Positions 48,848 to 62,526 of a stretch of 64,000 nucleotides of DNA are shown here, in pieces. Position 1 is the first letter of the stretch, and each line of letters begins with the position of its first letter. Origin of the DNA: Octopus sinensis (lineage: Eukaryota). The notes below the pieces were generated by a model. The model saw only the letters and a list, made by a program, of their open reading frames with translations, made no database searches and was not told the origin of the DNA. Made by a program: the position numbers and the translations under genes. The stretch spans positions 97,154,001 to 97,218,000 of the forward strand of contig NC_042998.1 of NCBI RefSeq assembly GCF_006345805.1, written 5' to 3'.

Positions 48848-49419
48848 GCTGTAAAACTAAGGAAGTAATGAAAACTTCACAAGAATACTTCAAACTACTA
48901 ATTCCTGCTTCTGCAAATGAGAGGGGATATATTTCTAAACTGGTCCTATGGCAATCAAAAGGAATGGAGTGGAAGAGATTTAAAAAGTTAATATATCATA
49001 TTAGTAATCTAAATGAAAACTGATTTGCAAGTTAAGAAAAATAGTAAAAGGGATACTTGGAACTATTGGAATATTTAAGCAAGAGATTAACCTAACTGAA
49101 ATCCAAGAATTGTTGGATTAGAGGGTTTCTCTAAGAAATGATAAATAATAGATCTAAACCATAATTTAAATGCTGTATTCGATTTTGATTATTATACTGG
49201 TTAGATTGGTTGGGAGTGGGAAGGACATTTTTCTTGAAGAAAAAGAATTATTTAACTTGAATTTAAGCTTTGATACAAAATTTTTGAGGACTCTTTTGAT
49301 ACATAGCAGAAACGGAACATCCAGATGTAACATGCAAAATAAATAAATAAATGAATAAATAAATAAATAAATAATCAACAAAAAGTTGGTGGTAATTGAA
49401 GTAAGGGAATATAACATAC

Positions 49420-49482
49420 CATAACAGTAGAGCCCTTGTGATTCCAAGAAAAATCCCTGAGGGCACTGATTGCTTGGGTAAC
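49420..49482 (-). CDS. HMCN1: Hemicentin exon, G2F-to-EGF junction (GYPSNQCPQGFFLESQGLYCY)
   Basis: tattcag acceptor, G|gtatgt donor, 63 bp, phase 1-1. SNQCP.GF.L is the hemicentin junction motif. Confidence 0.88.
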
Positions 49483-50421
49483 CTGAATAAATATAAAAAG
49501 AAACCAATTTTTAATGTCATGATTTTTTGTCACACTTATCAATATTATCTTCTTTCTGAACAGATATTAAAAGATGGTTAATAACAAATTTTATCTAATA
49601 TTGCCTTATATAGTCCTATGTCATATAACTGTTATACAGTACTCGGTTATATGAAATGATAGACAGGGCTTGAGTTTGGAATGATTTGTATTGTTATATT
49701 TTAAGGAACAGAAAATGTTGAAATTATTGCTAAACTAAGACTTTAACTACAAATTGTGACTTTCCCAAAGTATTATTCCCTTTGACATTTATTCAATTAT
49801 TTAATTTCTTCTTAACTCCTTTTTTGTTCTTGAACTTTTTTTTACTTTAGATTAATTTTTAATAAATATTATAAATTTGCCCTATATATATTTTTGTAGT
49901 TTGGTTTTTATCAGAATTTTATGATAAAATCAAGCTTACTGAATTTTTTGTAGTAGAGAGCTATAACTAATAGAACCCATCTACTATATCACCTGAGGTT
50001 ATAGTTGCTTTTTTTGAGTAGATCTTTGGTCAATGGGATATAATTTATGATCATCCCATCTCAATTTTTTTTATCATTGTCCAGTATATCTTACTTTTTT
50101 TAAAGAGTGAGATTTGATTTGACAGATATTTAGCTGTTATATCAAACAGATTGAACAGCTGATGAATGGGTTTTAGGTTCTGTGATTCCTTGAGGGTCAT
50201 CCTTGAGTAACTGGATAGGTACTTTGCCGAAAGATGAAGTTCAAAGATAATTCTTGTAGAATTTGAACTCAAACAACTCAGTTAAATCATCTCTAGTAAG
50301 ATGAAAGATTAGATGGAAATAATTTGTGGTTCTGAACTAGCATACAGTAAGTACCAAATCAAGCTTTCTATATTTTATATTATCCCTAACATATTATTAT
50401 TCATGAATTATGGAAAGGTAC

Positions 50422-50625
50422 CTGGTCGTATTTTAGAATATAAATTAAATTTAACCAATCTTCTTGCAGAGTTTATTTTTGATTTCAGAGAATATGTTTG
50501 GAGTGATTGAACTAGGTAAGGCATTGTTCCAAAATCTTCATCATAAGTGATAGAGTGATTCCAAGCATATGGCACAGGGATTCCATTCATTGAAAATCTC
50601 CGGGAGGAATATGCATAAATAGAAC
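50422..50625 (-). CDS. HMCN1: Hemicentin exon, G2F domain part 4 (GSIYAYSSRRFSMNGIPVPYAWNHSITYD...PYLVQSL...KIRP)
   Basis: tattcag acceptor, G|gtacct donor, 204 bp, phase 1-1. PY.WNH...Y motif. Confidence 0.92.
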
Positions 50626-50717
50626 CTGAATAAAAGAAAAAATAATATTTTATTTATTATGCAAAACTAGGGGTTTTATAATAATAGTAGTAGTAGTAGT
50701 AGTAATAACAAATAATA

Positions 50718-51272
50718 ATGCCCTGATGCAGTACCAGGCAGTGGCTCTCACGACTTCTGATCTTAACTGATTTGAAGTGTTATGTACATTATTTTGTCTT
50801 GGTAGAAAATATGGGCTACAACAAATATTCTGCACAGTACCACAGATTTACTTGTCAGTTGTTTGACTGTAACCAGTTGAGCATGTCCTTTAGTGGCTGA
50901 TGATATGTGCATCTCTGATCACGAGCAGTAGTGGAGGAACATCATAGCCATATGTTGAGAGGAATTCTTTGGGGTTTGGATAATTCACCTTTGGAAACAT
51001 GGATGTTCACCATCCTTAAACAACCCTTATTCAGAGACCTTTTGAGTGGGATGGGCTACTCGACCTGAAGAAAATTCTAACTGGGCCCCACCTGCAAAGG
51101 CATGTCCTGTTTATCTTGATATGAGATCACTATGTTGTGCACATATGGTTGTGATGCATATGCCTGGTGTACCCTTATCAGACAGGTGGTCATGATGGGT
51201 ATACTGAGCTTCGTATATTTTACTCCAGTGTCACTTTGATGGCACGCACTGCTCTCTCACTCAATAATGATA
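50718..51272 (+). mobile_element. Repeat family E (non-coding, (AAT)n-flanked); second copy approx. 45098-45610
   Basis: Two colinear diverged copies in the window, both bounded by AAT/AGT triplet runs. Confidence 0.7.
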
Positions 51273-51284
51273 ATCAATACTAAC

Positions 51285-51620
51285 AGATAACAAAGTTTCT
51301 CTAACAGAAATGAAGAAACTTTCAACATACAAAGATCTGGAAATAGAGGTAACTCGAATGTGGAGTCTAAAAACAGAAACAATTCCTATCATAGTAGGTG
51401 CATTAGGTACGATAAAAAATATTCAGACAAAAACATAACAAAAACGCCAGGACTAACAAGTATATATAATATACAGAAAATAGTACTTCTAGGTGCTGCA
51501 CGTAAAACACTTTCAATACAGTAAAAATAAGAGCATCACAACAAACTACAGCACATACCCAAAGCACACAGAACTGTGCTTGGTAGTTCAGTGGAAGCAC
51601 GTGATTAAAATAAAACTACT
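51285..51620 (+). mobile_element. R4/Dong-like LINE 3' fragment 3
   Basis: Hand translation KLSTYKDLEIEVTRMWSLKTETIPIIVGALG; followed directly by a long (AAT)n run. Confidence 0.75.
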
Positions 51621-51621
51621 C

Positions 51622-51666
<45 letters not shown>

Positions 51667-52239
51667 TTCTACTACAATGCACAACTAGTACCCATTTCAT
51701 TGACCCTAAAAGGATGAAAGGCAAAGTCGGCCTTGGCAGAATTTGAACTCAGAATGTAATGATGGATGAAATGCCACTAAGCATTTTGTTTGGTGAGCTG
51801 ATGATTTTGCCATCTCACTGCCTTAAATAAAAATAATGATAATAATAATTAATTAAGATTGATGTAACTTTTCTTGAAGGTAAATACAGAGAAAGAAGAG
51901 CATGATATGACTTGTAATAAATAGACTGACTCTGTTTATTGAATTGAACAACATTTTGTCAGAATGACATTCTTGGGTTCAAAATGAAAAATGAAAAATA
52001 CATAGAAATATAGAAATTCAAAATTTGAACTGGAATATTCTGTGTTCCTTTTTAGACAAAACAATGTCATCAATTTTCTTTTTTCCATAACTGGTAGCAA
52101 GGAAAAAGAAGGAAGGAAAAAGAAGCAAAAAAGAGAAAAGAAAGCAGTCAAAACGTTTTGTATAAGCATGATAGAAATCTCCTGTCATTTCGTTTATTCC
52201 TCCAGGGCTGTGATGTTAATAATTCACAAATATATTTAT

Positions 52240-52470
52240 ACTCATGTGTTTTGAGGACTGAAACTGCAGAGTTAGAATATTTTCTGAGAATAGTACTTTC
52301 AGGTGTTCCTCTATTTTACAGATGTTTAATCTAGGATGTTTGGCATGTTCTGTCAAACTACTGTTATTGTGCCTTTGCCCATTGAATCTTTTATTTAATT
52401 TTTTTGTTGTGCAATCAACATAAATCAAGTTGTGTTTGGTGTATTCTGCTACATATACTAAATGGAAATT
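52240..52470 (-). mobile_element. Possible Penelope-like GIY-YIG remnant (approx. boundaries)
   Basis: LVYVAEYTKHNLIYVDCTTKKLNKRF...SSLTEHAKH resembles VVY...YVG.T.R.L..R...S.V.EH. Confidence 0.45.
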
Positions 52471-52472
52471 CT

Positions 52473-52517
<45 letters not shown>

Positions 52518-53938
52518 GCACAATAATATATATATCTAATTATCATGAACAGATCTTAATTCATCCAAAGTGGAGGAAAATCTATTTTAAGGATAGTTGT
52601 ATAAAGAAGTGCCAATCACTTACAACAGACAGAACTTATGTTAGAGAGGGAACCTAGAAGGTGTAGGATAAGATGGTAAAGGTTGATCTCAAGATGTTAT
52701 GCTTCACTGAGAAAATGACAAAAACCAAAATGATTGGCAATGTGCAGTGCATAAAAAGACCTGCCCTCCTCTGCTTGGATATCACGAATGAAGTCCAGGA
52801 AGCATAATGTATATGCACCACTACATAAGCACACAACTGGGTCCCTCATCCAATGTCCCTTTTATGTTCACAGCTGCTTCCTCCCCTACTCAAACATTGG
52901 AGTCCTTTTCTCAAGTCATTACATATTGACAGTCATTCTACATTTTTACCATCACTTCCAACTCACATTTACCACATTTACTATAAACTATCCTACCTTT
53001 GTTATATGCATTTCTCATTCTCCCCTACATTTTTTGCAAATTTTAACCCTAACCTTTATCTCCCTACAATTTGTTCCTTAATCACTCTCCTATCTACTGA
53101 ACTATTCTGTTGCTGTAAGTAATGAAAGCAGAACCTGTTACTACTTAACAACATCATAGAGTGATTCTCTCATTTGAGCTACTCCCAGCTGACACCATTC
53201 CCTCATTCTTATCTTGTTTTCCATCAGTCAAATTTTACAAGGCTTACTTAATCTGTTTTTATAGTAACCAACTGAAGATGGCCTCTTGATCTATAATACA
53301 AGCTTCATGTCTCAAATGATCTAAATTAAAATCTTCCGTCCACATGTCATTTTAATTTATATTCCAAATACCAACTTAATAATGACAAAGTCATTTTAAT
53401 AAATTCTTCATTATTTTCAAAATTAATTGAAACAAAGGCAGTGTTTCAACATTTCAACAGAAATATGGTAAACAAAAGGGTTAACCTGAGGTTCTGGTAG
53501 AAAACACTTGCCTGAAATGTCATGCAGTGAGCTTCTTAACCGTACAGTCATACCTCATAGAACTCCTACTTCAACGTTCTAAAGTTTTGACATGACTTCA
53601 TACCCTTTTAGGAATTTAAAGACTTTTAGACTCTTTTTGACTTATAGTCTGTTAGTGATCATTATAACTCATGTGAATAAGTTGCTTGAAGCAAAACAAT
53701 TTTCGTTGGTGGACTGACAACATTCTTAAGAACATATACCATATGATATGATATAGTCTAGAAATCTGAAATGTTGTAACCCAATTTCTTAAATAATATT
53801 CACGGAAGAAAGAGTCCTGAAAATAAACTGTATTATATATCAAAAGTCAGCTTGGAAAACAAGATTAGAACTAGAAAATTTTGCTAAATGAATAATGTTA
53901 TACTTAACTATATTGTTAGATGTTTAGATTGCTTAGAT

Positions 53939-54588
53939 CAGTGGTTCTTAACCATTTTTTTTTTTACCTATGGATCACTTTGATTACTATTCTATTCTGG
54001 TGGATCCCCATAGCCATTCATTGTTAAAAAACTAGTTTTATAGATATTTCTTTCAAAGTTCCTATTTTATTTATCACACATTTATTTGTGTAGGCTGAAC
54101 TATGTAAAATGCTAGGGAAAGAAACCTAGCCTGTTTCTTGTAATAAATGCATCTAAAGCAAAATTTTTTCATAGGCACATAAAATACTATTACTCTCTTT
54201 ACTCTTTTATTTGTTTCAGTCATTTGACTGCTGCCATGCTGGAGCACCACCTTTAGTCGAGCAAATCAACCCCAAGACTTATTCTTTGTAAGCCCAGTAC
54301 TTATTCTATCGGTCTCTTTTACCAAACCGTTAAGTGACGGGGACATAAACACACCAGCATTGGTTGTCAAGCAATGCTAGGGGGATAAACACAGATACAC
54401 AAACATACACATATATATACATATATATGACAGGCTTCTTTGAGTTTCCATCTACCAAATCCACTCACAAGGCTTTGGTAGAAGACGCTTGCCCAAGGTG
54501 CTATGCAGTGGGTATTGTGAATCCAATCTACTATTTTGCTTGTGTAGACACCCAAAAATCTTACATGGATTCCAGTTAAGAACCGCTG
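53939..54588. mobile_element. hAT-type MITE with a nested family B SINE (approx. 54188-54510)
   Basis: TIRs cagtggttcttaac/gttaagaaccgctg; TSD GCTTAGAT/ACTTAGAT (7/8). Confidence 0.85.
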
Positions 54589-55085
54589 ACTTAGATATTT
54601 AGGTAATCTCTTTTAAAATGCTATTTTCTCCTTTTCATCTCTCTCTCCATCACATCTTATGAGCCTAGGCTTTACAAGGCTGGAGCTTAACCCTGTTTTC
54701 ATGAAGGTATAAGTGACTGCTATTGTAACACTCTTCCTGAATGGGCTGCTGATCCATCACTGAGCTAACCTCCCAGTAATTGTTGGGACTCATTTACAGA
54801 TGAGTGGACTGGAGCAATGTGAAGTGAAGTGTTTCGCTCAAGAACACAATGCATTGCCTGTTCTAGGAACTGAAACCACAACCTAACAATTGTGAGTGCA
54901 TCACCCAAATCACTAAACCATGCAACTTCACTCTCAGTAACAATAACAGTCACAAAACAACAACAACAGCAGCAGCAGCAGCAACAACAACAACAACAAC
55001 AACATTATCAAAAACAATATCTAGGGCTCTTTTTTCTTAATAGAGTATTAAAATTTTACCGTAACAAGTAAGGAATGCTTATTAC

Positions 55086-55241
55086 CTGGTCCAGTCTGTA
55101 TGTAGTCTTCTTTGTATGGTTCCAAAGTGATTTGTCCTGAATCATTAAGCTTTGGTACATTTCCACGAACAACAATATCCAGCAGAAGATTACCATCTTT
55201 GTCAATACCTTTGGCATAATGACTCATTTTCAAAATCTCCC
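55086..55241 (-). CDS. HMCN1: Hemicentin exon, G2F domain part 3 (GEILKMSHYAKGIDKDGNLLLDIVVRG...YKEDYIQTGP)
   Basis: atttcag acceptor, G|gtaata donor, 156 bp, phase 1-1. LLLDIVV.G and EDYIQTGPG are hemicentin G2F motifs. Confidence 0.93.
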
Positions 55242-55516
55242 CTGAAATAAATGAAATAAATTAACACTCAAGTGTACATTTATAACTTTTATCTTTTACT
55301 TGCTTCACTCATTGAACTGTGGCCATGCTGGGGCACCACCTAGAAGGGTTTAGCTGAATAAATTTCCCTCAGTACTTATTATAAGTCAGGTACTTATTCT
55401 ATTGGTCCCTTTTGGCAAACTATTAAATAACGGACATAAATTAACCAACACTGGTTGTCAAGTGATAGTGGGGAATGGGGAACAAATACAAAGGTGCATA
55501 TGTGCACACACATACA

Positions 55517-55568
<52 letters not shown>

Positions 55569-55868
55569 AATGCTTGTTACAAAGATTCATGGTCACTGTT
55601 TTTCTGAATTTATTGATTATATATTCCCAGAATTTAAACCTTGTTCCAGCCATTGCTTAATATTACTCTTTTACTCTTTTACTTGTTTCAGTCATTTGAC
55701 TGGGGCCATGTTGGAGCGCCACCTTTAGTCGAGCAAATCGACCCCAGGACTTATTCTTAAGAAGCCTAGTACTTATTCTATCAGTCTCTTTTTGCCGAAA
55801 TGCTAAGTTACATGGATGTAAACACACCAAGCGATGTTGGGGGGACAAATACAGACACACAATCATAT

Positions 55869-55895
<27 letters not shown>

Positions 55896-55899
<4 letters not shown>

Positions 55900-56083
55900 C
55901 ATAATTTACAAGATAAGGGCAGAAGAAAATTCTAATGCCAAATATGCCGAAGCAAAAAATTTTTTGTCGATAACCATTATAATTTAAATTATAAATTATA
56001 ATGGTTATCGACAAAAAATTTTTTGCTATGGCATATTTGGCATTAGAATTTTTCTTCTGCCCTTATCTTGTAAATTATGTATA
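55896..56083. repeat. Near-perfect palindrome (91/92-bp arms, 5-nt loop); fold-back MITE-like core 55900-56079 with TA flanks
   Basis: Arms differ by 2 substitutions and 1 indel. Confidence 0.92.
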
Positions 56084-58022
56084 AATTTTACCTTTAAAGG
56101 CATTTTTTGATATGCTGGCCATTGATAAAATTTTTTTTCCCGAAAAAATTTTTATCCTATATTAATTATATATATATACATATATACGACAGGCTTCTTT
56201 CAGTTTCCATCTACCAAATCCACTCACAAGGCTTTGGCCGGCCCAAGGCTATATTAGAAGACACCTGCCCAAGGTGCCACACGGTGGAAATGAACCCGAA
56301 ACAATGTGGTTGGTAAGCAAGCTACTTACCCCACAGCCACTCTCACAAACTAGACTAAACTATATCTTTTTTGAATTCTTTTTTAAATTTGGCACAAAGC
56401 CAATGGTTTTGAGGAGAGGCAAAATCAATGACATCAATCCCAGTGCTCAGCCTTGCTAGGATAAAAGGCAAAGTTGATTTCTGTAGTATTTGAACTAAGA
56501 ACATAAAATGCCAGAAGATATGCTGCTAAGCATTTGTCCAGCATGGTAATGATACTGCTCACTTGCTGCCTGAGACAAAACCATATCATGAATGAATTTA
56601 TATTTACATAAATTATTTCTTTACTGATCTATTGTATAACATTCTATGTTTCTTTAAGTGATTTTCAAATAAAAATAATATAATCTTTTCTCCCTATTTT
56701 TATTAGTGTCTAAACTTAACATACTTTCATGGCTATGCTTTTCACCTCACTTCAGCAACTGTGAGAAGAAAAACAGATGAATTTTATATTGATTCTGTTG
56801 TAGATTACAGGGTACCTCTCTCTCTCTTTATATTTTGTTATGCAACTAATTTGGATATTAACTTTACAATTTGGTTTAATAGTTTAATTTGTTTGTTGCA
56901 GTTAATTTTGAATCTTTAGTAATCATGACTGAAATAAATTTTATTATAGATGGATGCAAACTCAGTCACTTTAGTGGGATTTTCAGATTTATATCAATTT
57001 AACTTCAAATTATCTTTATAAAGTTATACAAATATTATGCCTGTAACTTCATATTCAACAGTAAAATGAAATCATATAGCTTCTGACATTTAGAACAAAT
57101 AGTTATCAAAATAAACATAAAATTTGATATTATCTCAGCTGGTTCCAAACACACTAGACAGTAAATTGGCCATGTTAGAGCGTCAAAATAGAATGACTCA
57201 CAGTATTTGTCCTGATACTCAGCATTCTATTTTCAAATCCCACCAAGGTCAACTTTGCTCTCCATCCTTTTAGTGTTGTTTTACAAATGCCAATTTAGGA
57301 TGGTGAACTGGCAGAACTGTAAAACTGTCAGAGTGGATGCATTGGAGTATCTGTATCAGTTCTTGGCATCCTGAGTTCAAATTCTGTCACAGTCTACATG
57401 GGTGGTGGACTTAATCCATTTCCTGGTTTAACCTCATTACAAAGTTTACTTTGTTATAAGCATTCAGGTTAGGTCCCTGGCTTGAGGATACCTTTCCCCT
57501 TCCCTCCCCTCTGTCTTGGAGGCTTGTGAAGGGTCATGAGCACTGCCTTCCCTCTTGACCAAAACAAAAAATACCTCAGCAGAGTTGGCATGGCTGTGTG
57601 ATTAAGAAGCTTGCTTTGCAACAATGGGGTTTCAGATTCAGATTACTGCATGGCACTTTGGGCAAGTGTCTTCTATCATAGCCCTGCATTAACTAATACC
57701 TTGTAAGTGAATTTGGTTGATGAAAACTATGTGGAAGCCTGTTGTGTGTGTGTGTGTGGTGTGTGTGTGTGTTTCTGTGTTTGTTTGTTGACTTCACTCT
57801 CTTTCACAGCGTTGGTTTGATTACATTTCTGTAACTTAGCAGTTTGACAAAAGCAACTGATACAATAAGTACCAGACCTAAAAAAAACAACTTAAGTACT
57901 GGGAATGATTTGTTTGACTAAAACCTCAGTATGACCTTAGTCCAATGACAAGCAAAAGAAAAGATGAAAGATAAAGTTATTGTTGAGATTTGGATTATAA
58001 AAAAACAAAACTATTTACCAAC

Positions 58023-58160
58023 CTGTTAAGAATTCAACTTGAAGGTGCTTAGTGAATTTTCCTTTCGTAAGTGTGAAACCATTGTAAGCACCATGTCTTT
58101 CTTTGGCAGTTGTCCAGTAGACTGGACTCAAAATTGATATCAAATTTCTCATATATGGGG
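58023..58160 (-). CDS. HMCN1: Hemicentin exon, G2F domain part 2 (APYMRNLISILSPVYWTTAKERHGAYNGFTLTKGKFTKHLQVEFLT)
   Basis: Coding frame not in the ORF track. tattccag acceptor, G|gttggt donor, 138 bp, phase 1-1. YWTTAKE...NGFTLT motif. Confidence 0.93.
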
Positions 58161-58835
58161 CTGGAATAAAAATTGAAATTTATTTTTAAAATAGCCAGAG
58201 CAATGCAATTTAAAATGATAAAACAACAACACTGATGGAAAATGTTCATATGTATATATATATATTATACACATGCACACATATGCATATACACATACAT
58301 GAACGCATGCACAAACACCCACCCATCCACACACATACACACACACACACGCACACACACACACACACATCACACACACACGCACACACACACACACACA
58401 TGCACACACACACGCACACACACACACAAGAAAACTAACTCTCCATTGGTTATGAAGATGAGTAATCCAATTGATCTGATCAACAGAACAGCCTGCTTAA
58501 AAGAAAGAGAGAGTACAAAACAGCGAAAGTGTAAGAGAGAGCAGAAGAGAGATGGTATAGTGTTAGGGTATACTCACAAGTAACAAGAATATGAACGTAG
58601 AATCTGGGTAGAAAAATAGGGTAGGGGTTTTGGGGGTGTGCGGAGCAGTGATACAGTGAGCAGAGCAGTGAGGGCAAGAAAGGGGATTGGAAAACAGTCA
58701 TAATTTATGAAAAGGAAATGTGAGGAAGAGAAAGGTGCAGTTAGAAGAGGAGATGTAGTTTGATTTCTTAGGGTAGTGTGGGTGAAAAGTGTGTTGTTAT
58801 ATGTAGGTGGGACACAACGCATCTGGCACTCAGTT

Positions 58836-59327
58836 TCATGGACAGTTCTTCTCTAGAACCTCATATTGCCAAACATCTTGGTCCACTATCATTTCCTCTA
58901 TGAGCCCCAACATCTTAAGATCAGTCCTCACCACTTCATCCCATGTCTTCCTGGGTCTTCCTCTTCCACTAGTATCATCCACTTTCAGTGACAGGCACTT
59001 CTGTGTACAGCTGTCTTCACTCATACACATCCCATGTCCAAACCAATGCAGTCTCCTCTCCTGCATACCACATTTAATCCCTCTTATGCCTAATTTTTCT
59101 CTCAACATAGCTGTGCTTTGTCAGTCATGCACACTGATGTTGCAAACCCAACAGAGCATACTACCTTCATTCCTCTCCAGCCTACACAAGTCCTCAACAG
59201 TCAGAGCCCATGTCTCACTACCATGTAACATAGCCATTCTCACACAAGCATCATACAATCTATCTTTCACACTGAGAGAGAGTCCTTTTGCTGCCAACTG
59301 AGGTAGTAATTCTCTGAACTTCCCCAC
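58836..59327 (-). mobile_element. RTE-clade LINE, 3' fragment (frameshifted)
   Basis: MLHGSETWAL...RLERNE..ML.W, LREKLGI...RRLHWFGH, RGRPRKTW across two frames. Confidence 0.88.
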
Positions 59328-59338
59328 CCTTTTCTATT

Positions 59339-59384
<46 letters not shown>

Positions 59385-59639
59385 TATATATAAATATACA
59401 TGTGTGTAATTAGTTGATGATCCACTCTGATTGTACCAAGAGATTTCTTACCATTGTACTCACTTAAGGAATGATAAAAAAAATGTGACTGGTAGGAAGA
59501 GATTAATTGCCAGACACTAGTTTAGGCAAATCTCATAAGTTGGGAATAATTTGTGAGGAGTTTGTGTTGCAGTCTCATATATAATATTGTTGCTGTTAGT
59601 TTTAGCTTCTACAGTGTAGGGAAAAGTGTTCAGTTACTG

Positions 59640-60020
59640 CCAAGATTTCACACCATAACCAAAAAATTAGGGAGTTGTCATCTCAACAACCCCGAATCTG
59701 TCTGCTTAAAGGATTGTGCCTTTTCAAAATTGTGATATATAGAACAAGCATCATACCCTTTCATGGTATTGAAAAGAATTGCATAGGATTCATTGCAAAT
59801 ACTTTCAAAAGCAGTTACAACCAGCATTTACACTCATTCCAGTCAACAAAGAACTCCACTTATTTGTCTCTCCTTGTTTGAAAACTATGAGACCACAGGT
59901 CTGAATGTACACTAATAATCTGGAAAATAATGGTTAGAACTACTCCACACAACAACAGAGTGAGAAAATGTAGGTTATACTCGATAGAGATTTCATTGAA
60001 TATGAGGCTTGAAATAATAT
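59640..60020 (+). mobile_element. Penelope-like element remnant (GIY-YIG endonuclease region; approx. boundaries)
   Basis: CLLKGLCLFKIVIYRT...CIGFIANTFKSSYNQHLHSF...T.LS, then IIWKI and RKCRLY: degenerate Penelope C-terminal pattern. Confidence 0.65.
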
Positions 60021-61203
60021 CTAGCTGCTATCACCAGTGACAATTCCTTTTGAATAACTTCTTGTCCTCTAAAGTAACTATGAAACCTAGATAGTAACCA
60101 GAGCTGACAGAATATAAGTGTTATGAAGTAGCTCCCACAGACATCTCAATGTCAGACCTAATTTATTTCCTCTATGACAAAATAGTTAAGGCAACATTAG
60201 CAATAAGGCTGCAATACAAACTACCACCCGACCAGTCTTGCACCAGACCAAGAAATCTCTTCTTACAGATTCCTTTAATTTATTTCATCTCTTCCTGAAC
60301 AAAAGTAATGAGCATGAAACTCTGAATAGGGATTGGAGTCAGTCAGTTGATTATTATTATAGATTATATATCATATATGTATGCACCTCCCCTATCATAT
60401 AAAAACACTCACACACATAAAGAAATGGAGGGAGAGAGAGAAGGGAAGATCGAAAGAATGGATGATTATAAGGTAAGACAACAAACAAACAAATAATATA
60501 TTGAAATTAGACAAATGAAACAGGCATACGAAAAGGAAATCTGAAAGAAAATGAAACAAAACAATCAAAGTATGTGTACAATGAAAATCAATACACCAGA
60601 TGAAAGGAATGAAAGAGGATTTAACATATCGTATTTATACTCTATATTAAAGAATAGTAAGAGGTGTAAAAGAGGGAGGGGGAAGAAGAAATATTTATAG
60701 TTGGGATGTTTGATTGAGAATAATCTGGCGCCAGATCATGAAAATAAGCTTTAAACTGAGATGTATATGAAACAGCTTCATAATGTAATTCCTTGGCTGA
60801 GAAGTAGGTATGTTATGAAGAAATTTCTAGCAGCAAACTTTATGAATATTTTATGGATCATTCAATCATTTATAATTCTTTACTTTATAAAGCTGTCTGT
60901 CTTCTGTTTTGTTAGTTAAGCTCTAGCAGAAATTTGGAAAGGTGAATAAATAAAAATAAATAACAGAATTTCTATCTGTAATTGAATTTAAATGTATGCA
61001 AGTAAAAATAACTGAAATATATAAACAATCCTACTTAGATCTTATGTTACTGATAAATTTTTGTCCCAGCATGGTTGCAGTCTAATGACTGGAACCAGTA
61101 AAAGATAAATGATATTATTGCAGAATTTTTTTTGAAAAAATGTAAGACTAGTAATTTTGGTGCATAATGTGAAAGCAATTATAAAAAAATTAAATATACA
61201 GAC

Positions 61204-61347
61204 CAATAGTCTTTGGAAGATTTTTTACAGTTCCTTTAACCAGTGTCTTTTCTTTCTTTGTAACAACTCGAGCTGTCAATAAGGATCCTGAAATGTTCCG
61301 CTCATTCACAAAACCAATGATGTTGCCAAGTGCTCTAACAATACTTT
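61204..61347 (-). CDS. HMCN1: Hemicentin exon, G2F domain part 1 (KSIVRALGNIIGFVNERNISGSLLTARV...VKGTVKNLPKTI)
   Basis: Not in the ORF track. ttttctag acceptor, G|gtctgt donor, 144 bp, open, phase 1-1. Fills the expected start of G2F. Confidence 0.85.
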
Positions 61348-62455
61348 CTAGAAAATGAATTCAAAAATTCAAAACAGTAATCATGTGCTACCTGGTATAG
61401 ATTATAAAAATCAATTATGCATAGTTTCCCTAGTAATGGCAGTTATTACAAAGGAGATAATCATCTTTTTATAATATGAGGTGAGATCAGAAATTTGAAT
61501 TTGAAATTAAGGTATTACGAGGGAAAAGATATATAGAATCTACATTTTGAAATTTTCTTTAAAATTTGCTTAGGGAGTTCTTACAATTTCTAGTCTTTTG
61601 TACTAATATATAGCACCATTTCATTCTTTTTAGAAGTCATCAGAATGATATAATCTATGGCTTATTAATTACGTGTTATTTTACAAAGTGAGATATTTCA
61701 TTATAGATGGAAATTCATAAAATGTGTATTTTTTCTTTTTCTCATAGAACGTTAGTAGTTTAGGAATTGCAGGGAAAATTAAAGTTTAAACTATTCCTTT
61801 TGGTCTGGAAAAATTCATAAAATTACTTTTCAAACAGTATGTGAAACAGTGTCCCTTGTCATTGTTATATGTGGATCTACCTTGATTGGTGAGATTGATT
61901 TGATTAATATTGTTTTATTCTTTGAACTTCTGTAGGTTGTTGATGTTGACAAAAAAAAAAATGAAGACACAAAGGTTATTCCAAATAGTTAAAGTTTTAG
62001 GTAGGAAGAATTAGGAAAAGTGTTAAGTGCAGGATTTAATTGGTGTAACAAAATAAGAATAACAAACAACAGAAAAATGTGCTCATGGGATGTGTTTAGG
62101 AGGGAGGTAATGTGCAGTTTGCTACACCAAAAGAACACAAACCATTATATTTGTGATGGCAAGGTAGCTGTAATGTATTTATGGGTGAGTCTGTTAATCA
62201 GACAGATGGCCTCTTTGGGATGTGCATTAGGACAGTAGTTGTCAAACTGATGAATACCTGGCCCCACCCCAATATTTTAGCGAATTTTTGCTGCCATTCC
62301 ACTTTATTAATGAGTACAAAAACAGTTTGCATCCATATAACTATTCTTTCTTCACCAAAGTGTTAGACAAGTTTAAAAACATTTTAATTTTATAAAATTT
62401 GACAATTTTGTCTTCCTCTTTTCATTTCTCAAAGCACCACCATGAGAAACATTGT

Positions 62456-62458
<3 letters not shown>

Positions 62459-62524
<66 letters not shown>
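62459..62524. repeat. (AG)n microsatellite
   Basis: Read directly from the sequence. Confidence 0.95.
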
Positions 62525-62526
<2 letters not shown>

